Positions 16,363 through 26,095 of a stretch of DNA of 29,710 nucleotides are shown piece by piece. Each line of letters starts with the position of its first letter. Positions within the stretch are counted from its first letter, which is position 1. The notes under the pieces were generated by a model, which saw nothing but the letters and a program-made list of their open reading frames with translations, did not search any database and was not told the origin of the DNA. The position numbers were made by a program, and so were the translations under genes. Source of the stretch: an uncultured archaeon (GTDB taxonomy: Archaea > Iainarchaeota > Iainarchaeia > Iainarchaeales > CSSED10-239); assembly GCA_964496765.1 (NCBI GenBank), contig CAZCAP010000010.1, forward strand, positions 1-29,710. Direction: 5' to 3'.

Positions 16363-16788
16363 TTAAAGTATTGCTTTTATCTTCTTAATAAACAATTCTG
16401 CGTTTTTTATTCCGTTTTCTGCTTCATCTTTTGAAACAATATCAACTTCCTCATAAACTATTAAATGTCTTTTTTTTCTCATTTTATTAAATATAAATAA
16501 GATATCAGAGAAATCTCTATTATATTTCAATTTTAAAAATTCAATTACTGCAACATGTCTTCCTTCTCCAATTGGTCTCACTCCTGAATTAAACATTAGA
16601 GATCTTCCTGCCTGAAGCATAGCATTATAGGTTATTGAATAACACCAATCATAATCTTTGGATTTAAATACATTTTTTGCAGTTTCCAGATCTTTCTCTG
16701 CATGTAGGATTGCCTTTGCAACCAGGGTTTTATCAAAAACAATCTTTTCCCAAAATTCATTGGATTTGGTGTCTGAATTCATTTTCAT
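16363..16788 (-). CDS. HEPN domain protein
   Basis: ILHAEKDLETAKNVFKSKDYDWCYSITYNAMLQAGRSLMF...MRKKRHLIVYEE; overlaps nucleotidyltransferase gene. Confidence 0.8.
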   Translation of the reverse strand: MKMNSDTKSNEFWEKIVFDKTLVAKAILHAEKDLETAKNVFKSKDYDWCYSITYNAMLQAGRSLMFNSGVRPIGEGRHVAVIEFLKLKYNRDFSDILFIFNKMRKKRHLIVYEEVDIVSKDEAENGIKNAELFIKKIKAIL

Positions 16789-17332
16789 CTCCCATTAACA
16801 TAATAATATTACTTTGATTGATTGTTTTTAATAAATGATTATCCTTCGCTTTTGTTTTAAATGTTTTTTCATTCCATAGTACAAAATTAATTTCTCGATT
16901 AGTACTATCTTCTATCTTTTGGATTATTTTTAAGACTATATCTTCTTTCATCTCAGATACAATAAGCAAATCAATATCACTATTACTATTTTCTGTTCCT
17001 TTAGCAAATGAACCATAAATTAAACAATATTTTACATTTGCAGTAAGTTCTTTTTTAATTAAAGTTCCAAAATAATCTGTTTTAATAAATATGTTTTTCA
17101 AGTCATTTAAGAAAACACATTTTTTATCAATTGAATAAAGCAGAAGATTTGCTTTTTTCTTTTTAGTAACAATTCCAATGGTTAATAGATTTTCAAGTTC
17201 AATTGAAACAATACTTGGATGAGCATTTATTACTTTTGCAATTTTTCTTAGATGATAGTCCCTATCATCATTGAAGAGAAGTAAAGATAATAATTCAACT
17301 CTTGTTTTTGAAGTAAATAATTTATTCAACAT
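16757..17332 (-). CDS. MNT-type nucleotidyltransferase with N-terminal winged HTH
   Basis: CLIYGSFAKGTENSNSDIDLLIV; N-terminal HLRKIAKVINAHPSIVSIELENLLTIGIV. Confidence 0.85.
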   Translation of the reverse strand: MLNKLFTSKTRVELLSLLLFNDDRDYHLRKIAKVINAHPSIVSIELENLLTIGIVTKKKKANLLLYSIDKKCVFLNDLKNIFIKTDYFGTLIKKELTANVKYCLIYGSFAKGTENSNSDIDLLIVSEMKEDIVLKIIQKIEDSTNREINFVLWNEKTFKTKAKDNHLLKTINQSNIIMLMGDENEFRHQIQ

Positions 17333-17399
17333 AACTGTACACTATTTATAGACGTTTGTACATATTTAGTGTACAGTTAAGTTTAAATTAGTTTTGATT

Positions 17400-18482
17400 T
17401 TATCTAGTTACTTGGAAGCTTTCTACTTTTTCAAGAAGTTCCTTTGCATTTACATTTTTTTTGAAATGCTCTCTTACAGGTTCAATAAATTGATTAATGT
17501 ATTGAGCTGATGTTGCTTTCAGATCCATTGGATGAAGCTTTTTATCTACAAAATCCTTTTCCAGGTCTTCATAGCTCTTGTATATAACATCTCCACCGAA
17601 CTTTTCTGATCTCTTAACAGCAAACTCATCAATCTTCTCAAAAATTATGTATTTACAATATTCAAGAACTGGATTATCTTGAACAATTCCTTCAGGACAA
17701 TAGGCCTTCTTGAACTTTCTTTCAATTTCTTCCTTTGAATCAGTCATGAAGATAGCTGAATCTGGATTTGATTTTGACATCTTTTTTGCAATGGTTGCAT
17801 CAACACCAGTTAATTCTTTATCTTTAGGTTCTGTTAGCCCCATAAGCATGTGGTGATGAATTGCAATTGGTTTTCTTCTTCCAATCTTTTCTGCAACCTC
17901 TCTTGCAAGAACATTAACCTTTCTTTGATCCATTCCAAGTTGAGCAATATCCACATTTAACATAAAGATATCCGATGCCTGCATGCAAGGATAAAATATT
18001 TGAGCAGCAGTGAGGTTATCATTCTCTGTTCTTCCCATGATCTGAGAGCACCTTGTTATTCTAGGAACCGTATTTAGTCTACCTATCTGCAGAACCATTA
18101 GCCAATATGCTTGATCATTCATAAGATCAGAAGCCCAAATAAACTCAACATTTTTCATGTCCATTCCACAGACTTTCCAAACTTCAATAAAGTATTCTCC
18201 AACTGTTTTTATTTTACTAAGATCCCCACCCATCTTGTTATTCATGAGTGCATACCAATCAGCAACAAGAAACTTAAAATGAACCCCAGCTTTGATTAGC
18301 TTGTTTACATTTATTGCTCTAAGTAAACCTTGAGCAATGTGTATTCTTCCACTTGGTTCAAATCCATCATAGGCAGTTAAAGTTTCTTTCTCAATTAATC
18401 TATTTACAAGCTCATCTTCTGTTAGAATCTCTTCTCCAACTTCTTTAATTAACTTTAATCTTTCATCAACATTTAATTTCAT
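17400..18482 (-). CDS. tyrS: Tyrosyl-tRNA synthetase, archaeal type
   Basis: YDGFEPSGRIHIAQGL, HHHMLMGL, AKKMSKSNPDSAIFM. Confidence 0.93.
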   Translation of the reverse strand: MKLNVDERLKLIKEVGEEILTEDELVNRLIEKETLTAYDGFEPSGRIHIAQGLLRAINVNKLIKAGVHFKFLVADWYALMNNKMGGDLSKIKTVGEYFIEVWKVCGMDMKNVEFIWASDLMNDQAYWLMVLQIGRLNTVPRITRCSQIMGRTENDNLTAAQIFYPCMQASDIFMLNVDIAQLGMDQRKVNVLAREVAEKIGRRKPIAIHHHMLMGLTEPKDKELTGVDATIAKKMSKSNPDSAIFMTDSKEEIERKFKKAYCPEGIVQDNPVLEYCKYIIFEKIDEFAVKRSEKFGGDVIYKSYEDLEKDFVDKKLHPMDLKATSAQYINQFIEPVREHFKKNVNAKELLEKVESFQVTR

Positions 18483-18751
18483 TATAAATCCCTCATATCA
18501 ATTATTTTCTTTTCTTCAAACATATCCAATAATAATTTAATTACAAAAAGAATTATTATCACTAGAATTACCTTTAATATAAATATCAATAAAATACGGC
18601 CTGAAAGGCCATACATAATAAGCTTAATTAAAGAATAAACCATAATTACAACTATAGCTATGAATAATACTGAAAAGATCATATGTCTTTCAAAGTATTT
18701 TTGTAAATATTTATTCAAAGATGGTTTATTTTTTGTTTTTTTTGTTTTCAT
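18482..18751 (-). CDS. Small two-TM hypothetical membrane protein
   Basis: Two hydrophobic helices; adjacent to tyrS with overlap. Confidence 0.55.
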   Translation of the reverse strand: MKTKKTKNKPSLNKYLQKYFERHMIFSVLFIAIVVIMVYSLIKLIMYGLSGRILLIFILKVILVIIILFVIKLLLDMFEEKKIIDMRDL

Positions 18752-18811
18752 CTAGTTACCCTATATATATAAGGTATCATAAGCTTTTAAAAAAGAAGTA
18801 TATCTTTTATT

Positions 18812-19138
18812 TTACTTATTTCTACTAATTACTAGAGAAATAGATATTAGAAGCCCAATAAACAGAATAGAAAAATAGATTATTTTCACATTATATCCAA
18901 AGATTTCATTTTCTGAGTGCAATCTATTTCTTTCAAGTTCTGTTGATGATGGACATCCAAAAGAATATTCGTTTCCAGATAAGTGTAGGAAACTATATTT
19001 AATATATGAATTAGAACAACCATAAATTTCATCAATTCCTAGATGTGCCTGCTCATGGGATTCTGTGAACAATATGGTAAGTGCTAAATAGATTAGAATG
19101 AATATAGAAACTAGGATTACAATCTTTTTCATCATCAA
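18812..19138 (-). CDS. Small membrane protein with HExxH motif
   Basis: N- and C-terminal TM helices flank ESHEQAHLGIDEIYGC...LERNRLHSENEIFGY. Confidence 0.6.
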   Translation of the reverse strand: MMMKKIVILVSIFILIYLALTILFTESHEQAHLGIDEIYGCSNSYIKYSFLHLSGNEYSFGCPSSTELERNRLHSENEIFGYNVKIIYFSILFIGLLISISLVISRNK

Positions 19139-19231
19139 CTATATAGTGCAACATTATATTTATAAAGCATATAACTAACCTCTAACTAATAGATAACTAA
19201 TAATATATATCTACTAAACAACCATACAATT

Positions 19232-19567
19232 ATGAAGAACAAACCAAAGAAAGCCACAGTCAATTATATGTATAATATTAAGACTGATATCTACACTCTT
19301 GGAAAGGTGCTTGCTTCTCCAAATAAGGTGAAGATTCTATATTCTCTGTCTTTTCCAAAAACTCCTAAGGAAATATCGAAACATACAAACATTAATTTTC
19401 CAACAACTTCTAAAACAATTAAAGAGCTTGAAGATCTATCCCTTATCTCAATAAATAATAAGGATTTAAGAAAAGGAAAGATTATTTCTGTTTCAAGAAA
19501 GGGTAAGGATTTATTATCAGATCTTGAGAAAAAAAAGAAAAAAGAAGAAACTAGTTTAGATAATTAA
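19232..19567 (+). CDS. ArsR/MarR-like winged helix transcriptional regulator
   Basis: VLASPNKVKILYSLSFPKTPKEISKHTNINFPTTSKTIKELEDLSLI. Confidence 0.75.
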   Translation: MKNKPKKATVNYMYNIKTDIYTLGKVLASPNKVKILYSLSFPKTPKEISKHTNINFPTTSKTIKELEDLSLISINNKDLRKGKIISVSRKGKDLLSDLEKKKKKEETSLDN

Positions 19568-19592
19568 TAGAAAGAATAAGAATAGGAGTTTT

Positions 19593-19652
19593 GCTTGGAC
19601 ACGTACCCTCCCGAAAAGGATATACACCTCTTTTATGTAATATATATGGTGA
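19593..19652 (+). promoter_or_regulatory. Repeated structured leader, copy E7 (opposite strand, isolated)
   Basis: GCTTGGACACGTACCCTCCCGAAAAGGATATACACCTCTTTTATGTAATATATATGGTGA then GTG start at 19657. Confidence 0.85.
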
Positions 19653-19656
19653 TAGA

Positions 19657-20553
19657 GTGATTGAGAATAACTTAATTATTCACGAAAATATTAAATATAA
19701 GATCTACAAAATTAGAGATACTCAAATTATGCTTGATAGTGATCTCGCTGAATTATATTGTGTACAAACAAAGGTTTTTAATCAAACAGTTAGAAGGAAT
19801 AAAGATAGATTCCCAAAAGATTTTATGTTTAAATTAACTAAAAAGGAGTTTGAAATCTTGAGGTCACAATTTGTGACCTCAAGTGTGGGTTGGGGTGGTA
19901 ATAGATATTCTACTTTTGCTTTTACTGAACAAGGAATTGCTAGTTTATCTGGGATTTTAAAAAGCAAAAGAGCAATTGAAATTAATATTCAAATAATGAG
20001 AGCATTTGTCTCCATGAGAAGATTTCTCTCAAAAAATCTAGAAATATTTACTAGATTAGATTCAATAGAAAGAAATCAATTAGAATATCAACTAAGATCA
20101 GATAACAATTTCAAAAAAATATTTGATGCAATAGAAAATAAAGAAATTAGTAAAAATCAAGGGATATTTTTTGATGGACAAATGTTTGATGCACACAAAT
20201 TTATATCTGATTTAATAAAATCTGCAGATAAGTCAATAATTTTAATAGATAACTATATCGATGATTCTGTTTTAACATTATTCACAAAAGTAAATATAAA
20301 TGTGGATATTACAATATATACCGAAAACATAACAAAACAACTAAAATTAGATATAGATAAATACAATTCACAATATAATCCAATTAATATTAAAAAGTTT
20401 AAAAAAACGCATGATAGATTTTTAATTATTGATAGCACCCAAATTTATCACATAGGAGCATCAATTAAAGATTTAGGTAAAAGGTGGTTTGCATTTGCAA
20501 AGCTTGATAAAGATTGTCAAAAAATACTAAAAAAACTAAATATAAAGAATTAA
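19657..20553 (+). CDS. ORF6N domain protein with C-terminal PLD/HKD-like region; start refined to GTG 19657
   Basis: IMLDSDLAELYCVQTKVFNQTVRRNKDRFPKDFMFKL...FTEQGIASLSGIL; C-term FDGQMFDAHKFISDLIKSADKSIILIDNYIDDSVL. Confidence 0.85.
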   Translation: MIENNLIIHENIKYKIYKIRDTQIMLDSDLAELYCVQTKVFNQTVRRNKDRFPKDFMFKLTKKEFEILRSQFVTSSVGWGGNRYSTFAFTEQGIASLSGILKSKRAIEINIQIMRAFVSMRRFLSKNLEIFTRLDSIERNQLEYQLRSDNNFKKIFDAIENKEISKNQGIFFDGQMFDAHKFISDLIKSADKSIILIDNYIDDSVLTLFTKVNINVDITIYTENITKQLKLDIDKYNSQYNPINIKKFKKTHDRFLIIDSTQIYHIGASIKDLGKRWFAFAKLDKDCQKILKKLNIKN

Positions 20554-20597
20554 TACCAAAATAGAATTATTACTTACTTATATTTAAATTTTAGAAG

Positions 20598-20669
20598 CGC
20601 CCCGGGTAGGACTCGAACCTACAACCTATCGATTAACAGTCGATTGCTCCGCCATTGAGCTACCGAGGC
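20598..20669 (-). tRNA. tRNA-Asn (anticodon GTT)
   Basis: GCCTCGGTAGCTCAATGGCGGAGCAATCGACTGTTAATCGATAGGTTGTAGGTTCGAGTCCTACCCGGGGCG folds to cloverleaf by hand. Confidence 0.95.
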
Positions 20670-20798
20670 ACATCTTCTTTCTTATAGGGATAACCAATAA
20701 GAAAATTTGTTTAATCTCAACCATAATAGCCTGAGAAAGAAACTAGATTATTATATAATATTTATATCTAAAAGTATTTAAATATAACCTCTTTTGTT

Positions 20799-21560
20799 TT
20801 AAATTACAGAAATAAGGAAAAGATCCCTCCCTCCCGTTGATAAAGCTAAAATTATAATTAATAGCTTAAGATAGTGATTTACTTTCTCATCTTTAATCAA
20901 TTTATCAATTAAATAAAGAAGTAAAAGAGTTATAAATAACTTAATAACAACAAATAGGATTATGTTTGTTGAAATTAAAAAACTTGATAAAAAATGTTCT
21001 TCAACAAACCTTTTTCCAAGAAATATTAATGCAAAGCTTGTTGCAAAGGTATCTAATATCTCTGAAAAAAGAAATAGTTTATTTATTCTTGATTTAAACA
21101 TATTAAATTCTTTCATTCTTGAATAAATAAAAATGAAAAAGATTAATAGAACAAAGGATGAAATAATAATTTCAATAAAGTATATCCATTGGGTTATCCT
21201 AAACAAAAACCAAATAAGAAAAGGTAGAAGAAGAATTAATCCAATAATTGTTATGTGCTTAATGTAATGCTCTCTAGAGATTAGTCTGGTGACTTCAAAC
21301 ACAAGAAGATAAAGAACTCCCAATAATCCAAAAAGGAAAGGATATTGAAGATACTTTGCAGATAGATAACCCAAATCACCCATTATCCTAACAATAACTC
21401 CAATAAAGATAAGAGGAATAATTGAATATACAAATCTTAAATCTACTCTTGTTTTTCTATACTTAACAATATAGAGATATGAAAGATAATAAATGAAAAG
21501 TCCAACAATAAGGAAAAGAGAAGTATTTTTTATTCCATAGCTTAAAATTATTCCAAACAT
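20799..21560 (-). CDS. DUF63 family membrane protein
   Basis: Multi-TM archaeal protein with RFVYSIIPLIFIGVIVRIMGDLG and SEILDTFATSFAL. Confidence 0.75.
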   Translation of the reverse strand: MFGIILSYGIKNTSLFLIVGLFIYYLSYLYIVKYRKTRVDLRFVYSIIPLIFIGVIVRIMGDLGYLSAKYLQYPFLFGLLGVLYLLVFEVTRLISREHYIKHITIIGLILLLPFLIWFLFRITQWIYFIEIIISSFVLLIFFIFIYSRMKEFNMFKSRINKLFLFSEILDTFATSFALIFLGKRFVEEHFLSSFLISTNIILFVVIKLFITLLLLYLIDKLIKDEKVNHYLKLLIIILALSTGGRDLFLISVI

Positions 21561-21615
21561 TCACTAATATTTGGTTACCAATCTATTTTTATAACTAATT
21601 TTATAATATAAGTAT

Positions 21616-22659
21616 ATGACAAAAGCAATTGCAATTAAGGTTTTAAGCAAAGACGCTCAAAAAGTAATCACAAAACTTAAAGCAAACAATAATCTATTAA
21701 CTGATTATAAGATAAATAGAGATTCAACCCATGTAATCATACCTATAAAGAAGATTACAAGTGAGATTAAAAAATATCCAATAATTGAATTAACCAAAAA
21801 AGTAAATATAAATAAAATAGGGGCTACAATTAAAGATCAACTTCTTATAAAAAAGGTCCCTGCTAAAATAGTTTCACAAATCCCCACATCCTATGATATT
21901 GTGGGAGACATAGTGATTGCAAACATTGATCCAACTATTGTAAAGAAATACAAGAAAGAGATTGGAGAAAGCTATCTTGAAATTCATCCTCATGTAAAGG
22001 TTGTTCTTAATAAAAAGAAGGAACATCACGGTGTTTTTAGAACACAGGATCTTTCTTATGTATTTGGAGAAAAGAGAAAAGAAACAATAATTAAAGAAAA
22101 TGGATGCTTATTTAAAACAGATGTTGAAAAAGTGTTTTATTCTCTTCGACTTTCCACTGAGAGACAAAGAATTGTTTCTCTTGTTAAACCAGGAGAGAAG
22201 GTAGGAGTGTTTTTCGCAGGGGTTGGACCATTTGCAATAACAATTGCAAAGAATGCAAAACCAAAAGAGGTTGTTGCAATTGAACTTAATCCAATTGGAG
22301 TGAAATACCTTAGGGGAAACATAAAACTAAACAAAGTAGAAGATAAGGTAACAGCTGTTCTCGGTGATGTAAAAATAGTGTCCAAGAAATATAACAACTA
22401 TTTCGACAGGATCCCGATGCCCCTTCCTAAGTCAGCAGAACTATTTCTAGATTCTGCAATTTATTCAATCAAATCAGGAGGAATAATACACATTTACAAC
22501 TTTGTTCCAAAGGACAATCCCTATCAAGAAATAGAAGAGACATTAAAAACGAAAGAAAAAGAAAATAAAGTAAAATTAAAAATTATTGAGAGAAGAATAA
22601 TAAGAAGCTTCTCAGCAACAACAATTCAGATTGTGTTGGATGTGAAAGTAAAAAAGTAA
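21616..22659 (+). CDS. trm5: tRNA (guanine(37)-N1)-methyltransferase Trm5
   Basis: FFAGVGPFAI, VVAIELNPIGVKYLRGNIKLNKV, DRIPMPLPKSAELFLDSA. Confidence 0.92.
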   Translation: MTKAIAIKVLSKDAQKVITKLKANNNLLTDYKINRDSTHVIIPIKKITSEIKKYPIIELTKKVNINKIGATIKDQLLIKKVPAKIVSQIPTSYDIVGDIVIANIDPTIVKKYKKEIGESYLEIHPHVKVVLNKKKEHHGVFRTQDLSYVFGEKRKETIIKENGCLFKTDVEKVFYSLRLSTERQRIVSLVKPGEKVGVFFAGVGPFAITIAKNAKPKEVVAIELNPIGVKYLRGNIKLNKVEDKVTAVLGDVKIVSKKYNNYFDRIPMPLPKSAELFLDSAIYSIKSGGIIHIYNFVPKDNPYQEIEETLKTKEKENKVKLKIIERRIIRSFSATTIQIVLDVKVKK

Positions 22660-22662
22660 AAA

Positions 22663-24897
22663 TTACTTCTTTGTAGACTTTTTCTTATCTTTTGTATCTT
22701 GCTTTTTTTTATCATCCTTGTAAACGATTAGGTGCTCTCTTTTTATCCTAAGATCTGCTTTCTGCTTATCTTTCCTAAGTTCTTTTTCTTTAATTTTCTT
22801 TAATTCTTCAAGATACTTGTTTCTCATTTCCTTATAGGTAAATGAACTTACTCTTCCCTCTAGTAACATTTCGTCTAGGTGAGCAATCTGCTTTTGAACA
22901 AATACCTTCTTTTCTTTTTTTCTAAATCTTTCTACTTCAATTATGGTTACAATCACGACTATAAAAAGACCAGCAGCAATTATATAAAGCAGAACATTAG
23001 ATGATGATGAAGACTTTTCATTAGCATAAACATACACCTTCTGTTCATCATCATTATTCTTTATGATTGTATTTTGAGATATTGGGAAATTAACATCATT
23101 CATGTCAACAATAATAACATCTATATCTGAATTATCTGCACTATTATAATATGCAAGAACTTCATTCTCAACCTCAAGTATTTCTGTTACCATATTAATA
23201 ATTGAGTTTGATATTTGCATATCTCCTTTTGCTTTTGCTTCATCTATGGCTGCAAAGTGTTCAAATGATTTATAAAAATAAACTGCATGATCTAAATACA
23301 TTTTTGACCACACATGATTATCAGAATTTAATTCTTTTACAGATCTTAATTCATCTATTAAACCATCATATTTTGTTTGAAATGCACTTGCATCAAAAGC
23401 TGCATTATTTTCTTCTCTTGTATTTATAATAGCCATTGATGTTGCTGAATCATACATGGATGTTACATACCAACCCTTTTCATAGTTTATTTTTGCAGCT
23501 CCTAGTCTTCTTAGAAGATCAGGATCATTTGAAACCTCAGGGGTGGATAAAATCAATTTATTTTCCACATCAATGATTCTCTTCTGTGCCTCTGCTTTGA
23601 AAACACTGGATTCTATAAATTTATATTTAGAGTCTGTAATTCCCACATCTAGGAAATCATTTGAAATCTTTATCCATCCAAGTGCATAACTATAGTCTGA
23701 TACTCTTGTTAGTGCTTCATTTGTTTTTCCTTCCTGTAGAATAATAAGCTTCTGTTCAGCCCAGGTTAATCTCTGCCTAGCACCAATACACCACTCTAGT
23801 CTTTCCAGAGAACAAAGAGTGCTTCTCTTTTCAGTAAGTTTAATTTTTTCATCCAATGCTTTTATTTTTTCATCAAGAACAGTTGATGATTCACTTAGCA
23901 TGGATGGATTATTTAATATTTCATTCACGATTGTTACATTCACGATTGCAATAAATGAATTATTTGCAGCAGAATATAAATAATTATTAGAAGAATATAT
24001 TTTCGCCTCATTGATTGCGTTTTCTGCGCTTTCTACTATAGCTAATATGTTTTCTTGAATACTCTTATCCTTAATTAAACTACTTTGATTAAGGTTTGCT
24101 TTTGCAATTGCAAGATTTTCTTCTGCATCCTCCACGTATCCAACGGTTATGTTTCGCATAGGGTATAATGCAATTGAGTAATCCAATCTATCTGGTTGAA
24201 AGATATCCTGTTTAACAACAGGAATAGAACTAATATTTATTTCATCTATGTTCTTTGAAACATATCCAAGAACATCTGTTAGGTTTTGAACCTCAACAAT
24301 CTTCAAACCCCAGTTTTTATAGGCATAATCAATTAAATCAATTTTTTCAACATTCCCATCTATTGTTACAACCTGATCCCTATTTCCAGCAGGCATCATG
24401 AATAATTTAATTCCTACTTCTGATGCTCTCTTTGCTTTTTGATAAATTCCTCCAACATCTCCAACATATCCTTCTTGGGATATGGTTCCAGTCATACTAA
24501 TATCATTAGCTATATCTTTATCCTTAAACATAGAAACCATAAGAAGAGCCATGGCTGCACCAGCTGATGGTCCATCAATTGAATAGGCACCAGAATTTAT
24601 TTCAAATATATAATCAAATTTTGTTTTTGTGTTTCCAATCACTAGATCAGTTGCATTAACTGCATTTTTTTGTGATTCCTGAGTCGTATTCCCTACTAAC
24701 GAATCAATGTTTGCTAAGACCTTACCTGTTCCTGGATGAATTTCAATATTCAATGTTGCTTCCATTGCTGAATCAAGTCCAGAAACTGCAAATATCTTCA
24801 TTGATCCATGCTCAATTAGAGCATAGGAAAATGGAGAAATAAATATAATTGATATTGCTAATATAAGCAAACTAAGAAACACTTTTCTATTAAACAT
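22663..24897 (-). CDS. Membrane-anchored S16 (Lon-like) serine peptidase without an AAA+ module
   Basis: N-terminal signal/TM, GPSAGAAMALLMVSMF (Ser), GDVGGIYQKAKRASEVG (Lys), C-terminal TM. Confidence 0.85.
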   Translation of the reverse strand: MFNRKVFLSLLILAISIIFISPFSYALIEHGSMKIFAVSGLDSAMEATLNIEIHPGTGKVLANIDSLVGNTTQESQKNAVNATDLVIGNTKTKFDYIFEINSGAYSIDGPSAGAAMALLMVSMFKDKDIANDISMTGTISQEGYVGDVGGIYQKAKRASEVGIKLFMMPAGNRDQVVTIDGNVEKIDLIDYAYKNWGLKIVEVQNLTDVLGYVSKNIDEINISSIPVVKQDIFQPDRLDYSIALYPMRNITVGYVEDAEENLAIAKANLNQSSLIKDKSIQENILAIVESAENAINEAKIYSSNNYLYSAANNSFIAIVNVTIVNEILNNPSMLSESSTVLDEKIKALDEKIKLTEKRSTLCSLERLEWCIGARQRLTWAEQKLIILQEGKTNEALTRVSDYSYALGWIKISNDFLDVGITDSKYKFIESSVFKAEAQKRIIDVENKLILSTPEVSNDPDLLRRLGAAKINYEKGWYVTSMYDSATSMAIINTREENNAAFDASAFQTKYDGLIDELRSVKELNSDNHVWSKMYLDHAVYFYKSFEHFAAIDEAKAKGDMQISNSIINMVTEILEVENEVLAYYNSADNSDIDVIIVDMNDVNFPISQNTIIKNNDDEQKVYVYANEKSSSSSNVLLYIIAAGLFIVVIVTIIEVERFRKKEKKVFVQKQIAHLDEMLLEGRVSSFTYKEMRNKYLEELKKIKEKELRKDKQKADLRIKREHLIVYKDDKKKQDTKDKKKSTKK

Positions 24898-25009
24898 GTA
24901 TAATTCCTTTCCTTTTTTTAAAATTTTAAATTACTAATCATAAAAATAATATATAATAGATTATTTAAATGTTAGCTATATAATAAAGAAAATTAAATGC
25001 AATTCAATG

Positions 25010-25558
25010 CTATTTTTTCTTTTTTCTTGAATCTGGATACAATAGTTCAAACTTCTTAGTGGTTACAAGAACATGTCTTCTACCCTTCTTCTCAACAGTT
25101 ATAAGGTTTAAATCCTTTAGCTTCTGAATATGGTCATAGGGCCTCTTTCCTGTTATCTTTGATTGCATAACTGGTGAATTTATTGATATATATGCAAGGG
25201 TTTTAAGCTCTCCTTTTGAAAGAGCTGCACCAGCAGAAAACACATTAAAAGAAGAATATTCAGGTTTTACAACCATTTCTAGATTATCTCCATCTTTAAT
25301 AATAGATACTCCTGAATTTCTTCTAGAATATTCATACATAAGTTCTGAAATTTGGATATCAATTAAATCATGAGAAACTCCAGGAAGAACCTTATATATT
25401 TGTTTTAAGCCAATTGATTTAGGAGACATAAAGATTATTACTTCTATTGCTCCCTTTAGATAATTAGAATCAAATTTTTCAAGATCAAGCTTAACCTGCG
25501 CTTGCAAATCTTTTCTTTGTGCACTTGGAGTTTTTAGTTTTTTTTCTTCTTCAGGCAT
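25010..25558 (-). CDS. scpB: Segregation and condensation protein B
   Basis: GAIEVIIFMSPKSIGLKQIYKVL...LSKGELKTLAYISINSPVMQSKITGKRPYDHIQKLKDLNLI. Confidence 0.88.
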   Translation of the reverse strand: MPEEEKKLKTPSAQRKDLQAQVKLDLEKFDSNYLKGAIEVIIFMSPKSIGLKQIYKVLPGVSHDLIDIQISELMYEYSRRNSGVSIIKDGDNLEMVVKPEYSSFNVFSAGAALSKGELKTLAYISINSPVMQSKITGKRPYDHIQKLKDLNLITVEKKGRRHVLVTTKKFELLYPDSRKKKK

Positions 25559-25657
25559 AGTTAATCAATATATTATTTATTAAACAATAATATAATAGAT
25601 AAAGAATATAAAGATTATGTCTTTAAACGATTAAAATAGTAAAGCCAAGACAAAAGA

Positions 25658-25903
25658 TTAGTTGGAAATTGATTCGAAATTAGGAGATATATAAATAACT
25701 CCAACTGCAGTATTGTAATCTTTTATAAAATCATCTGTTATGTCATCAGTTCCTCCAATAGTATCTGTTGTTGATTGAATGGATTTATCAGAGAAATCTA
25801 AAAAGATTATTGCTAGTAAAATTGCAACAACCAATAAAATTCCAATTAGTATAATGATTTCCAAAGAAACCTGTGCCTTTAATTTTTTAAAACTCATAAT
25901 CAT
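25658..25903 (-). CDS. Class III signal peptide-containing protein (type IV pilin/archaellin-like)
   Basis: KKLKAQVSLEIIILIGILLVVAILLAIIFL. Confidence 0.75.
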   Translation of the reverse strand: MIMSFKKLKAQVSLEIIILIGILLVVAILLAIIFLDFSDKSIQSTTDTIGGTDDITDDFIKDYNTAVGVIYISPNFESISN

Positions 25904-25909
25904 TCAAAT

Positions 25910-26038
25910 TTAGGTTTTATACTTTCTTATTAATTTTTTTAACAGTTCTACTTTTTTAGGATTCTTTTTTTGATTTTTAATACTGTGCTTTGCCCTAACC
26001 TGAAGCTTTCTTTTCAATCTAGAACTAATCTTTCCCAT
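25910..26038 (-). CDS. Very basic 42 aa small ORF
   Basis: Manual translation MGKISSRLKRKLQVRAKHSIKNQKKNPKKVELLKKLIRKYKT; fills the gap between scpA and the pilin-like gene. Confidence 0.45.
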   Translation of the reverse strand: MGKISSRLKRKLQVRAKHSIKNQKKNPKKVELLKKLIRKYKT

Positions 26039-26095
26039 TATCAAAAACCTCAAATATATGTTAGCACTACAATTTAAAAAACTTTAGTTTTTAAG

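Noticed and set aside
20822-20840. CCCTCCCTCCCG near the DUF63 gene as another leader copy
   Set aside because: Lacks GCTTGGAC, the GAAAGGG half and the SD hairpin; only a local pyrimidine tract.
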